DNA of 63,537 nucleotides, filler included, from Octopus bimaculoides (Eukaryota): assembly GCF_001194135.2 (NCBI RefSeq). It is 8 parts of 8 records of this genome, joined end to end, with 100 filler letters (N's around TTAATTAATTAA, not from the genome) between each part and the next. Parts side by side here need not be neighbours in the genome. Positions count along the whole stretch, not along the records: positions 1 to 20,450 come from NC_068987.1; 7 more parts are not named here. One strand, given 5' to 3'. A program made the translations under genes and the position numbers. The notes below the pieces were generated by a model, which saw only the letters and a program-made list of their open reading frames with translations, ran no database searches and had not been told where the DNA came from. Positions 1 to 13,099 of the stretch are shown piece after piece. Numbering within the stretch: position 1 is the first letter of the stretch; each line of letters starts with the position of its first letter.

Positions 1-106
1 ATATATATATATATATATATATAATACAAAACGGGACAAGAAAGCAGAACATTCAGACAGTTATATGATACAAAAAGGGACAGAAAAACATCCAGATATA
101 TATGCA

Positions 107-144
<38 letters not shown>

Positions 145-149
145 TGAAA

Positions 150-245
150 TCTTGAATTTAGTTCACGGTCCCCAGTACTACCTTTGCGGACCACCAGGGA
201 GCCGCGGACCACCAGGGAGCCGCGGACCCCAAGTTGGGAACCTCT
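150..245 (-). mobile_element. hAT-like MITE end with an 18-20 bp tandem duplication (GCGGACCACCAGGGAGCC x2)
   Basis: Minus strand reads TAGAGGTTCCCAACTTGGGGTCCGCGG..., resembling hAT/Charlie-type MITE termini; the local tandem duplication is directly visible. Confidence 0.4.
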
Positions 246-299
246 ACATTAATCGATTAAATCACTCGAGTGTTTAACTCGTACTTTGTGTACAATTAA

Positions 300-1170
300 T
301 AGCAAAACTGATTCAGGCATCGTTTGAACTAAAAAATCTAGAGAGCCGGAACAAATGCAAACGGTATTGCGTCAGTCGCTCTAATCATTTGCTGTTCTAC
401 CACTCTATATTGGTTCCAAACTTTGGCACAAATCCAGCAATTTCGGGGTGGGGGTAAATTGATTAAATCAACTCCAATACTCAGCTCGTACTTATCCATC
501 CCGAAATGCTACCGAGCATTATGTCCGGCGTGACAGCCTGCCGCCTTATCTAGCATCCTATATTAATTGATAATAATAGTTTCAGGTTTTGACGCAAGGC
601 CAGCAATTTTGAGGAGGCAAAGAAGTCAATGACATCGACAACAGTGCACAATCCGTACTTATCTTATCGACGCCGGAAGAATGAAAGGCAAAGCTAACTT
701 TGGATTTGAAATCAAAATGTGAGGAACCGGAATATTGGTTTCAAATTTTGGCATATAGCCAGCAAGTTTAGGGAAGTTGAAAGTCGGTTACATCCCCCGC
801 CTCCAGCATTCAACTGGTACTTGTTTTATTGACCCCAAAGGGATGAACGGCCAAGTTAGCCTCGACGGAATTTGAACTCAGAACGGAAAGACGGAAGAAA
901 TGCCACTACACAGTTTTCTCGGCGTGCTAACGATTCTTATTTTTTACTGCCCTCAAAGGGCTACAAACAGAGGGGACAAACAAGGACAGACAAACGGATT
1001 AAGTCGACTATATCTACTCCAGGGCGTAACTGGTACTTATTTAATCGATCTCGAAAGGATGAAAGCAAAGTCGACCTCCGCGGAATTTGAACTCAGAACG
1101 TAGCGGCAGACGAAATACCGCTAAGCATTTCGCCCGGCGTGCTAACGATTCTGCCAGCTCGCCGCTTTAA
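300..1170 (-). mobile_element. Tandem cluster of about 4 tRNA-derived SINE copies (Meta-like central domain, (ATT)n-tailed family)
   Basis: Repeated GCCAGCAATTT...ATCGACCCC...GGTACTTATTT...GGATGAAAGGCAAAGTCGACCTCGGCGGAATTTGAACTCAGAAC. The youngest copy at ~905-1170 has a minus-strand tRNA-like head with A box TGGCAGAATCGTTAG and B box GAGTTCAAATTCC. Confidence 0.8.
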
Positions 1171-1479
1171 GGAACCGAAATACTAGTATATAATAATGGT
1201 AATTTTTCAACTTAGAAATTCATAAAAAAAAAAAAATCACGTTTATTTATTAGTTGCATTCTTTATGTAAATAATTTTCTTACCATAATATTATGATTTC
1301 GATCATATGCGAAGCAGTTAACGCACCATACATACTGCAATGCAGCAGACCCAAAGCTCATAAATTTTAGGATTCTTTCAACATGACACTAGTGTCCATG
1401 GAGCATAGAAGATTTTATGTGATAAGGACACCTAGGATCTTCAGTTGCAAGATTATTTTCGCTCAATTTCCAGTGCACA

Positions 1480-1681
1480 TGTATGTGTGCGTGTGCATGT
1501 GTGTGTTTGTGAGTGTGTGTGTTCGCATACATATGTATACATATATACAAAAATATACATGCATGCACACACAAATATATATTTACCAATTTATGTATCT
1601 CTCTCTCTATATATATATATAGATATATAAATGCGTATGTATATATATGTATGTATATATATATATATATATAAATGTATG

Positions 1682-1745
<64 letters not shown>

Positions 1746-2120
1746 AATGTATATAGATATATACATAAATGTGTATATATAGATATATAGATGTATATAT
1801 ACAGAGATATATATTATATGTATATATATCTACATAGATAGATATATATGCGTGTCTATGTCTGTCTATGTGTATATATATATATATACACACATATATA
1901 TATGTAGGTAGGTAGGTAGGTAGGTGGGTAGACAGACAGACAGACAAAGAGAGAACGGGCCAGACTAATAGGAGTGTCGAGTAGAGACAAACAGATATAT
2001 ATCGATACATACTGACATGGATTTGTGTGCGCGCGTGAACCTTCGTATCATTGTGGCACCACATACATAAACTGTTATGCTTACATACATTCATATACAT
2101 ATATATATATATATATATAN
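1480..2120. repeat. Compound (TG)n/(TA)n/(TAGG)n/(GACA)n microsatellite field
   Basis: Directly visible. Representative of many such fields, e.g. 21980-22140, 23050-23320, 27705-28410, 40600-41950, 49290-50960. Confidence 0.97.
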
Positions 2121-3717
2121 NNNNNNNNNNNNNNNNNNNNNNNNNNNNNNNNNNNNNNNNNNNNNNNNNNNNNNNNNNNNNNNNNNNNNNNNNNNNNNNN
2201 NNNNNNNNNNNNNNNNNNNNNNNNNNNNNNNNNNNNNNNNNNNNNNNNNNNNNNNNNNNNNNNNNNNNNNNNNNNNNNNNNNNNNNNNNNNNNNNNNNNN
2301 NNNNNNNNNNNNNNNNNNNNNNNNNNNNNNNNNNNNNNNNNNNNNNNNNNNNNNNNNNNNNNNNNNNNNNNNNNNNNNNNNNNNNNNNNNNNNNNNNNNN
2401 NNNNNNNNNNNNNNNNNNNNNNNNNNNNNTATATATACATGCATAGATACATTCATGACGTTCTGTATGTATGAATGTGTGTACCGAGGTGCGTGCGTAT
2501 GTGTATGTAGTTTGTCTGTATTTGTGGGTGTGGGTGTGTGTGTGTGTGCGTGTACAATACTTATGACTTTGCATACGTGAGTTTTGAGATAATCATCTTA
2601 ATATATGGAAAGACAGACCAGATGGAAAGATAACAAGGTGTTTACAGACAAAATCGAGCACGATACTAAATTACATTGTAATATTTTATTTTGTTCCTTT
2701 CTGTCATTATTTAGAATCTTGCGTCGATTGACTTAACTAACGACGCCTCATGGCTCATAAACTATTCCCTATCACTGTTGCATTCAACAATTCAATCCTA
2801 CAGCCCCATTCCTTCCCAAACCCTATTTTTATGGTTATTGATTGTTGCAGTTCAGCTCAAAATGCGTCCTGGTCCAGTTAACCTATAATCAAAGACGATA
2901 CATCCGTGACTATATTGTCATTTCTCCACACAGTATGTCTATGACTAAATACTAAATCATCCAATATTCCTTGCTTCTGGTAAAGACGTAATAAAATCGA
3001 ACAGACTGATTTGCATATATAACGCTTTCTTGTTTGATAGTTCGATTAATAAAATGCTATTGCATTAACGGAATTTTGCTACAATTGGTACTCAATTATC
3101 CATGACAGCCCAACACAGAAATTGAACTTTTCCGACTGATCCCTATTTTTCAGTCCTCAAGACTAAACCAGTAAAGTGAACTTGTAGAGATTTTAGAGAA
3201 TCGATGAAAAAGGAATCTTCACTTCTGAAATTTTGCAATCGAGATCAAATTCTACCGACGTTATCAATAATCTCCATCGTTTCGTAGTTAATAAAATAAA
3301 GCACCAACCATAGACAATAAGTTGAACCAAAGAATTATATATGTATATATGNNNNNNNNNNNNNNNNNNNNNNNNNNNNNNNNNNNNNNNNNNNNNNNNN
3401 NNNNNNNNNNNNNNNNNNNNNNNNNNNNNNNNNNNNNNNNNNNNNNNNNNNNNNNNNNNNNNNNNNNNNNNNNNNNNNNNNNNNNNNNNNNNNNNNNNNN
3501 NNNNNNNNNNNNNNNNNNNNNNNNNNNNNNNNNNNNNNNNNNNNNNNNNNNNNNNNNNNNNNNNNNNNNNNNNNNNNNNNNNNNNNNNNNNNNNNNNNNN
3601 NNNNNNNNNNNNNNNNNNNNNNNNNNNNNNNNNNNNNNNNNNNNNNNNNNNNNNNNNNNNNNNNNNNNNNNNNNNNNNNNTATATATATACACATACACA
3701 CACATACACACACACAC

Positions 3718-3752
<35 letters not shown>

Positions 3753-3756
<4 letters not shown>

Positions 3757-4460
3757 ACAAAATGGGACAAGAACGCAAAACATCCAGACAGTTAGGTGAT
3801 ACAAAAAAGGGACAACAAATCATCCAGATAAACAATACAAAGAAAACAAGGACGGGTCATTCGGAGTTTTCTTTCCTCAGTCGAGTTCCAGATTATCTTT
3901 GCAATTTCCGCAGGGGTATATTCGAGATTGCTCCAATCTGGCCAGCCCTAAGGAAAAACTAAGCTAAGAGTATTAGATTCCTTGGAAGAATGCAGCGAAT
4001 GTATACGAAAACAAGGATAGAAAAAACGGTGAATGTTACACAAATACAAATAACAGGACATAACAACAGGTGTTTTCGACTATGGACGAATTAAATGAAG
4101 CTGGTGTGTGTGGAAAAAAAGCCTCAGGGCAGGGATACAAGGTTTCACAGGCACAGGGAAGAATATATATGTTGCACGGATGGCGGCTGAACCAAGAGAG
4201 AAAGGGCAGTCTTGGGCAGTGAGAGAGAGGTGGAGGCAGAGAGACAGAAGAATTAAGGAGTGGCGAGAAAAAATGACAGGGACACGGTGAAGTGAAAGAG
4301 GAGGGAAGTGAGCATGAAGAGAAGGCAGGGAAATGTGAGAAAGGGGGACCCAAAAAACGAAGAGTGAAATGAACGAAGTAAGCGTGAAAGGGCTGATAGA
4401 AGGAAGAAAGAATACAGTCGTGCAAGATTTAGATAAGTATATACGTACATATAAGAGACC
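3753..4460 (-). mobile_element. Penelope-like element 3' region / pseudo-LTR family; partial copies at 24-95, 5505-5612 and 22905-23048
   Basis: AATACAAAATGGGACAAGAAC...CATCCAGACAGTTAGGTGATACAAAAAAGGGACAAC recurs four times, once inverted. The pyrimidine-rich minus strand resembles PLE tails; family assignment is inference. Confidence 0.5.
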
Positions 4461-4483
4461 AAGTGTACGTACGCCGCTATATA

Positions 4484-4569
<86 letters not shown>

Positions 4570-5467
4570 NNNNNNNNNNNNNNNNNNNNNNNNNNNNNNN
4601 NNNNNNNNNNNNNNNNNNNNNNNNNNNNNNNNNNNNNNNNNNNNNNNNNNNNNNNNNNNNNNNNNNNNNNNNNNNNNNNNNNNNNNNNNNNNNNNNNNNN
4701 NNNNNNNNNNNNNNNNNNNNNNNNNNNNNNNNNNNNNNNNNNNNNNNNNNNNNNNNNNNNNNNNNNNNNNNNNNNNNNNNNNNNNNNNNNNNNNNNNNNN
4801 NNNNNNNNNNNNNNNNNNNNNNNNNNNNNNNNNNNNNNNNNNNNNNNNNNNNNNNNNNNNNNNNNNNNNNNNNNNNNNNNNNNNNNNNNNNNNNNNNNNN
4901 NNNNNNNNNNNNNNNNNNNNNNNNNNNNNNNNNNNNNNNNNNNNNNNNNNNNNNNNNNNNNNNNNNNNNNNNNNNNNNNNNNNNNNNNNNNNNNNNNNNN
5001 NNNNNNNNNNNNNNNNNNNNNNNNNNNNNNNNNNNNNNNNNNNNNNNNNNNNNNNNNNNNNNNNNNNNNNNNNNNNNNNNNNNNNNNNNNNNNNNNNNNN
5101 NNNNNNNNNNNNNNNNNNNNNNNNNNNNNNNNNNNNNNNNNNNNNNNNNNNNNNNNNNNNNNNNNNNNNNNNNNNNNNNNNNNNNNNNNNNNNNNNNNNN
5201 NNNNNNNNNNNNNNNNNNNNNNNNNNNNNNNNNNNNNNNNNNNNNNNNNNNNNNNNNNNNNNNNNNNNNNNNNNNNNNNNNNNNNNNNNNNNNNNNNNNN
5301 NNNNNNNNNNNNNNNNNNNNNNNNNNNNNNNNNNNNNNNNNNNNNNNNNNNNNNNNNNNNNNNNNNNNNNNNNNNNNNNNNNNNNNNNNNNNNNNNNNNN
5401 NNNNNNNNNNNNNNNNNNNNNNNNNNNNNNNNNNNNNNNNNNNNNNNNNNNNNNNNNNNNNNNNNNN

Positions 5468-5499
<32 letters not shown>

Positions 5500-5729
5500 T
5501 ATATAAAATACAAAATGGGATAAGAACTCAAAGCATCCAGACAGTTAGGTGATACAAAAAAGGGACAACAAGGCATCCAGATAGACGATACGAAGAAAAC
5601 AAGGACGGGTCGTTTATATATATGTAATTGACTCTCCCGCCGAGGACGTTGTATGAATGTTAAGTTTTTGCCAAACGACCTACACAAATGATTTGTTTAT
5701 AGTGATCAAATGTATGTACTGTACATCAG

Positions 5730-5912
5730 CTCACTCCCTCCTGTCTTCCAGGCCGGATTCCAAAGAGGGCAGGAACGCTGGGACCAGTGTATTGTTGCAC
5801 AGGGTAACTATTTCGAAGAAGATGACGTTAAAACTTATGTGAATAAGATTTTGGGGGTTTTTGGGGGTTTATTAAACATAACTAGTCCGGGACCTTTTTG
5901 ACACCACCACCT
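5730..5912 (+). mobile_element. mariner transposase C-terminus and 3' TIR remnant
   Basis: Translation FQAGFQRGQERWDQCIVAQGNYFEE matches the mariner C-terminal motif; the end CCGGGACCTTTTTGACACCACC resembles the TIR at 14257-14282. Confidence 0.75.
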
Positions 5913-7164
5913 GAACAATGTCAAAGGGCGGCAAGAAGAGTTTGGAGGTAAAGAAACAGAAATTTTCTTAAGTCTCGCTGTGATATGCAGCTAGAAATAA
6001 GATTTCACAAGAACCCTTCAATGTGTCCATGGAAGTTGGGTAGATTTAATTTCAAACAGATGATGCAGGTATGGCAGTGTGGTTGAGAATCTCACTTTCG
6101 GAATCATATCATCTGCGGAGCACCTAGAGCAAGTAATTTTTGCTACAGCTTCGGACTGACAGGGGCAAGACTGATAAGTGGATTTAGAAGACGGAAGCTT
6201 GAAGGCACACATCGCACGTGCGCACACACACAAACATACACACGCTGCACACTCATAAGTCGTCTTCGACGGAAGAGTTCATTGTACAGACACACACACA
6301 CTCACACACAAGCACACGTCCGAGTACATATATATATATATATATATGTGTGCGTGTGAATGTACTGTGGACTTTCCCGCCTAAGACGACGTATGAGGGA
6401 TCATCTTTTGCCGAACGATCTGCACAAATGATCTGTCAAAGNNNNNNNNNNNNNNNNNNNNNNNNNNNNNNNNNNNNNNNNNNNNNNNNNNNNNNNNNNN
6501 NNNNNNNNNNNNNNNNNNNNNNNNNNNNNNNNNNNNNNNNNNNNNNNNNNNNNNNNNNNNNNNNNNNNNNNNNNNNNNNNNNNNNNNNNNNNNNNNNNNN
6601 NNNNNNNNNNNNNNNNNNNNNNNNNNNNNNNNNNNNNNNNNNNNNNNNNNNNNNNNNNNNNNNNNNNNNNNNNNNNNNNNNNNNNNNNNNNNNNNNNNNN
6701 NNNNNNNNNNNNNNNNNNNNNNNNNNNNNNNNNNNNNNNNNNNNNNNNNNNNNNNNNNNNNNNNNNNNNATACTGGCCTTTGAAGCTGCCTTTCGCGGGG
6801 CATTCATGTTATCTCCTACAGAGGGTAACTTTGAGGACATCGGTCCCAATATCGAGTCACTTTGCAGCCCTCTACCATTGTGTGGTGTAATGCCCAGACT
6901 TCCTTCTGAAAATGTTCTTAACACTGATACTTATCTTAGTCTAATCAGCAAGCGTGAGAGCGAGGTAAAGGCAGTGAAAATAGAGGGGTCAATGGAGCCC
7001 TATTTAAGCGGCCCTCAGAGTTCATGATATGAAATTCATTGTCATTACTCCTATTTGGTCGGCATAGGAGGCATTAACGAATATAAAAACGTAACGGACA
7101 GAAAAAAATCACTCAAATGTATTATAATAGGATAGGATGGGATGGGATAGGGTAGGATAGGATC

Positions 7165-7400
7165 TATATATCTATGTATATAAAACCGAGAATGTGTCTG
7201 ACTGTCTGTATTTTTGCATCACTAAAACTCGAGAACTACCTAACCTATTCCATTCAAATTTTACACATTAACTACTTAGGGTCCATGCAGTGACATGGGC
7301 CAAAACAATTTCAACTTCTTGCATAATGCGCACCATGTTTATATATACTAATATATATACGTAAAATATGATATAATCTTAGTCCACACAGTATCAAGGT
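7165..7400 (+). mobile_element. Non-autonomous Helitron-like element, 5' part; second copy at 53108-53405
   Basis: Both copies start TCTATRTATATAAAA-(TGTC)n-...TAAAACTCGAGAACTAC...CATTCAAATTTTACAC...ACTTAGGGT. A TC 5' end followed by a (TGTC)n tract is typical of non-autonomous Helitrons. Confidence 0.55.
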
Positions 7401-7490
7401 ATGAAAGAATGTACACGGAACATATGTATAATTCTAAACAGGGCGAATTTTAGTCATTTCTCCGCAGACTGAAAAAAAAAATTATGAATA

Positions 7491-7534
7491 ACCTTAATCG
7501 ATTTTCGAACCTTATTGGGTTCTCATCAGAAGCG
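7491..7534 (-). ncRNA. Minimal type I hammerhead ribozyme, canonical core
   Basis: Minus strand: CGCTT CTGATGA GAACC-caataa-GGTTC GAAA ATCGAT TA AGGT. Full CUGAUGA/GAAA/UH core, 5-bp stem II, palindromic stem III (AATCGATT), 4-bp stem I with two G-U pairs. Confidence 0.85.
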
Positions 7535-7640
7535 CCCACATCACTTTGATAAACTCCAAAGGAGCAAGCACCCAAACTGTCTATATACTGAACAAATACA
7601 GCAGTTACTCAATGATGGAGTCCCTAATTTGCATAGGTGT

Positions 7641-7688
<48 letters not shown>

Positions 7689-8098
7689 ATATGTGTGTAT
7701 GTTTGTGTGTGTATGTGTGTATGTATACAGCAAAAGAGAGATAGAGAGAGGACAAAGATAAAATAAGACTAGAAAGCAGTTTTGCTGATTTACCTAGTGC
7801 GTATATATTTAACACACGTATCATGCGAACACATGAATCACACACACACCTACACACACATGTACACATATACTCCAACAGGCATCCGCACTGTTTTCCG
7901 TTGGCATAACAAATCACATGATATTAGCCAGATACCAAAGGCGCCGTGCAAAGGGAATGAACCCAGTGTCATGTAGTTACGAGACAAAATTCATAATTAC
8001 GATGCCATACTTCTTTGAGTTTGGTTGTGTGTGTGTACATATGAATAGATATACATATAGATAGGAAGATAGGTAGATACATGATAGATAGATAGATG

Positions 8099-8141
<43 letters not shown>

Positions 8142-8476
8142 NNNNNNNNNNNNNNNNNNNNNNNNNNNNNNNNNNNNNNNNNNNNNNNNNNNNNNNNNNN
8201 NNNNNNNNNNNNNNNNNNNNNNNNNNNNNNNNNNNNNNNNNNNNNNNNNNNNNNNNNNNNNNNNNNNNNNNNNNNNNNNNNNNNNNNNNNNNNNNNNNNN
8301 NNNNNNNNNNNNNNNNNNNNNNNNNNNNNNNNNNNNNNNNNNNNNNNNNNNNNNNNNNNNNNNNNNNNNNNNNNNNNNNNNNNNNNNNNNNNNNNNNNNN
8401 NNNNNNNNNNTATAGGGTAAATGCAGTCCCGCATTGAAATATTCTGACTAGAGAACTACAAAATTATTTATATACT

Positions 8477-8515
<39 letters not shown>

Positions 8516-10345
8516 TATATACACACACACAAACATACATATTGCAAAGTTATTAATCCATACAAATTGTTACTCTCCAAAGGCGACACAAAACGTACAT
8601 ATAACTCCCACTTCATACATACACATACAAATATTTATAAGCAAATACCATAAAAAGAAATGAATAAAATTCCATTTCAATAACCAGTCAAAGATTTATG
8701 GACACATCAACAGAGATATTATCCGATTACGGCTTATCATATCCTGCCTCTGTTTTCGCTAAAGTGTTTTCGAAACTCTCGCGAGAGTATCTCCGAGAAC
8801 TAGGAACAAGTTAGATATATTAATAAATGCGGGTTTTAGCTAAGTGAATATAGTGTCAACGCATATTTAGTTCTTTCTATCTGAATAACACAGCTGATAG
8901 AGTACGTAAATATGTATGCACGCAATTGTTGAGTTATACACACGCGCACACACACACACACAGACACCCCCCCACACACACACACACAAACATATACAGA
9001 CACACAAACTAATAGACAGACAGACAGCTATAAGTAATGTATATATGAAAGCATCATAGGAACAAAACCACAGTTATTTTGTGTTCTTTGCTACATTGGT
9101 TTCTATTAACCCATTTATTCTATCAGAAGAATTTTTATTCATTAAGATAGAAGAAATACACATAATTATATATAAATATNNNNNNNNNNNNNNNNNNNNN
9201 NNNNNNNNNNNNNNNNNNNNNNNNNNNNNNNNNNNNNNNNNNNNNNNNNNNNNNNNNNNNNNNNNNNNNNNNNNNNNNNNNNNNNNNNNNNNNNNNNNNN
9301 NNNNNNNNNNNNNNNNNNNNNNNNNNNNNNNNNNNNNNNNNNNNNNNNNNNNNNNNNNNNNNNNNNNNNNNNNNNNNNNNNNNNNNNNNNNNNNNNNNNN
9401 NNNNNNNNNNNNNNNNNNNNNNNNNNNNNNNNNNNNNNNNNNNNNNNNNNNNNNNNNNNNNNNNNNNNNNNNNNNNNNNNNNNNNNNNNNNNNNNNNNNN
9501 NNNNNNNNNNNNNNNNNNNNNNNNNNNNNNNNNNNNNNNNNNNNNNNNNNNNNNNNNNNNNNNNNNNNNNNNNNNNNNNNNNNNNNNNNNNNNNNNNNNN
9601 NNNNNNNNNNNNNNNNNNNNNNNNNNNNNNNNNNNNNNNNNNNNNNNNNNNNNNNNNNNNNNNNNNNNNNNNNNNNNNNNNNNNNNNNNNNNNNNNNNNN
9701 NNNNNNNNNNNNNNNNNNNNNNNNNNNNNNNNNNNNNNNNNNNNNNNNNNNNNNNNNNNNNNNNNNNNNNNNNNNNNNNNNNNNNNNNNNNNNNNNNNNN
9801 NNNNNNNNNNNNNNNNNNNNNNNNNNNNNNNNNNNNNNNNNNNNNNNNNNNNNNNNNNNNNNNNNNTATATATATATATATGCACACACAGGTATCTATG
9901 TTAAAAGATATAAATATACATGTGTTGGTATACGTATGTGTATCTATACATGGACTTATGTGTTAATATATATATGTATATACACACGCACACACACACA
10001 TATATATATATATACACACACATTATGAATGTTTACATATATAACTGTATATATGTAGTGCTATGTATAGTCGATAAAAACTTTTCGTAAAAAGAGACAA
10101 ATTTTCCTCTGCGTTGCCTGTATTACATTAGATTTTGCAACAGTTTATCAAGAATTATACACGATTATTTTATATTTATATGAAGATATATTTTGCCGTG
10201 ACCTGTGCCCCATTCATCCTTAACACTACTTGTCTTCTATACCAACTATGATGCATCTAAACACACACACGCACACTCATACACAATCACTCACTGTCAT
10301 AGACATTTACATACATACATGTGCAAATATGTATATATATATATT

Positions 10346-10404
<59 letters not shown>

Positions 10405-11663
10405 NNNNNNNNNNNNNNNNNNNNNNNNNNNNNNNNNNNNNNNNNNNNNNNNNNNNNNNNNNNNNNNNNNNNNNNNNNNNNNNNNNNNNNNNNNNNNNNN
10501 NNNNNNNNNNNNNNNNNNNNNNNNNNNNNNNNNNNNNNNNNNNNNNNNNNNNNNNNNNNNNNNNNNNNNNNNNNNNNNNNNNNNNNNNNNNNNNNNNNNN
10601 NNNNNNNNNNNNNNNNNNNNNNNNNNNNNNNNNNNNNNNNNNNNNNNNNNNNNNNNNNNNNNNNNNNNNNNNNNNNNNNNNNNNNNNNNNNNNNNNNNNN
10701 NNNNNNNNNNNNNNNNNNNNNNNNNNNNNNNNNNNNNNNNNNNNNNNNNNNNNNNNNNNNNNNNNNNNNNNNNNNNNNNNNNNNNNNNNNNNNNNNNNNN
10801 NNNNNNNNNNNNNNNNNNNNNNNNNNNNNNNNNNNNNNNNNNNNNNNNNNNNNNNNNNNNNNNNNNNNNNNNNNNNNNNNNNNNNNNNNNNNNNNNNNNN
10901 NNNNNNNNNNNNNNNNNNNNNNNNNNNNNNNNNNNNNNNNNNNNNNNNNNNNNNNNNNNNNNNNNNNNNNNNNNNNNNNNNNNNNNNNNNNNNNNNNNNN
11001 TATATATATATATATATATATATATATCATAGCCATGTCATTGAAATCCAAGATTTCACTAATGGAATTTCAGACGGATATACAAAACAACATAACATGG
11101 AAAAGGAATTATAAATATAGGAATGAAAAGAATGATAATAAAACACACACTAAAAATATATTAGTAAATAATATATAATATACACCAAACAGCAAGATAA
11201 TATATATACACAAATACAAAATATATGTTGGTCAACAGATCATTTGTGAAACACACAAAACACAACCGCATATGATGCGCATGATATTCACACTTGCCAT
11301 GAAAATATCCACATAGATACATGCATAACGTACATACATATACATACATATATTTTATATATGTGTGTATGTCCCAAATGGGGAAAGTTTTGCAGTGATT
11401 TGTATTTTACTTATGTGTGATGTTTTGTATGTTTTTAGTTGGTATGTTGCTGTTTAATTTGTTGTGCTGTTGTTTTGTTTTTAGTATGGTTGTTTTCTTT
11501 GAAATCTAAATAGATAAATCAGTTATCCTATACTGATGTAGAATTAAGGAAGTATATCATTCATAATGTTCTATCATTGGCTTTCTCTGTCTTTATCTAC
11601 GGCAAAGCTAAATCATCTTTACCCATATTTGTATACTCACTCATGTATATGTTCATATGTGTG

Positions 11664-11700
<37 letters not shown>

Positions 11701-12439
11701 TTGATTACGTACGCATATATAAGGCAATGCATACATACATATATACATACCGACAAACATACATATCCACATATAGACGGATGATGAACGATATAATTCG
11801 CGGCATTGAATGTGTTCCTTCTTTGGTGATTCTTTTATGAATTAAGTATATAAAAGTAGATAAAGATAAAAACACACTTTCACATACACAAGCAATCACA
11901 TGCACATACTACAAACACACAAACACACACATAGAGTCATCTATCTGCACGCATCTAACCATTTACGTTTCTGTGAATACGCATTTTAATATAGGCTGAG
12001 TAGATATATAGGTATATTACAAACATATTTTAGGAAAAACTGAATAATATTTCTACAAAATATCTCTCTTGAGGCTTCATATCTATATTGTTCTGGCATG
12101 TTCACAAAACTATTTTTTTTCTTTTTCTTGTGCAATATATCCTGAACATTTCGACAGTTCATCTCTGATATATAACATGTTTATCTAAATTGGCCTGAAG
12201 TTATTCAACATGGCTCCTAAATCTATCACAACTCTTGCAAATCGGAATGTATTCAAATTTTAATTTGGTAAGTACTCTCATGAAATTCCAAATAAACTAC
12301 AAGCAATTCCTAAGAATTTGAAACATATGACTCAATGCCTAAATGGCCAAAGCTCCTTGAATTTTACTTGACTGTTTAAGAAACCTAGCTTGATCTATCA
12401 TCTCAAGCAAGATATCATACACAACAGACACAAAATGTA

Positions 12440-12471
<32 letters not shown>

Positions 12472-13031
12472 CATGTGTGTGTGTGTGTGTGCGTGTGTGT
12501 GTATTTATATTTATATATACAATTTGATATATATATAGATAGATATATATATGTATACATGTGTGTGTTTGTACGCACACACACATACACAAACACATAC
12601 TAGGTTGAATGAAAAGTTTTTTCGTATTTCAAGAAGGTGGTAAACTGATGGTGCAAAATCTTGATTTTAGGCACGGGCAGGCAGTACGTCCAGCCCCTCA
12701 TGTTATTCAAGTTTGCGCTTGGTCACATTGGCAGTGTGTGCTGTGATACATATTCCTCACATATATACGCAAACTATATTCAAATCCATCTTGTCCATTT
12801 ATATTCTGCATCCCAAACGTTGATGTATTCATTTGAAATAACCCCTCAGCTAATTGATGTACACATTCAAATCCACACGAATTGCCCATACACAAACACC
12901 AAACTTCCAACAATACATGCGTGCTGTCTTCCGTTTTTGCTTTTTTTTTTTAGAGTTTTATTCTTTTCCTATTATCGGGTTTAATGATAGATCAACTCTC
13001 TTGAAGCAGAAGTAGCAGCAGCAGCAGCAAC

Positions 13032-13089
<58 letters not shown>

Positions 13090-13099
13090 TTTGTAGAAA

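Noticed and set aside
3850-3885. CTGAGGA-containing motif in the PLE-like family (also 22928-22962)
   Set aside because: GAAT instead of GAAA, and no convincing stem I or A15.1-U16.1 pair.
7545-7585. TTGATAA-CTCC/GGAG motif next to the canonical hammerhead
   Set aside because: It lacks GAAA and stem I; too degenerate to call.
12130-12275. Candidate exon ending at TTG|GTAAGT
   Set aside because: All three plus-strand frames contain stops.
12598-12920. Possible mariner remnant starting TAGGTTGAATGAAAAGTT
   Set aside because: Only a TIR-like start; no convincing transposase motif was recovered.
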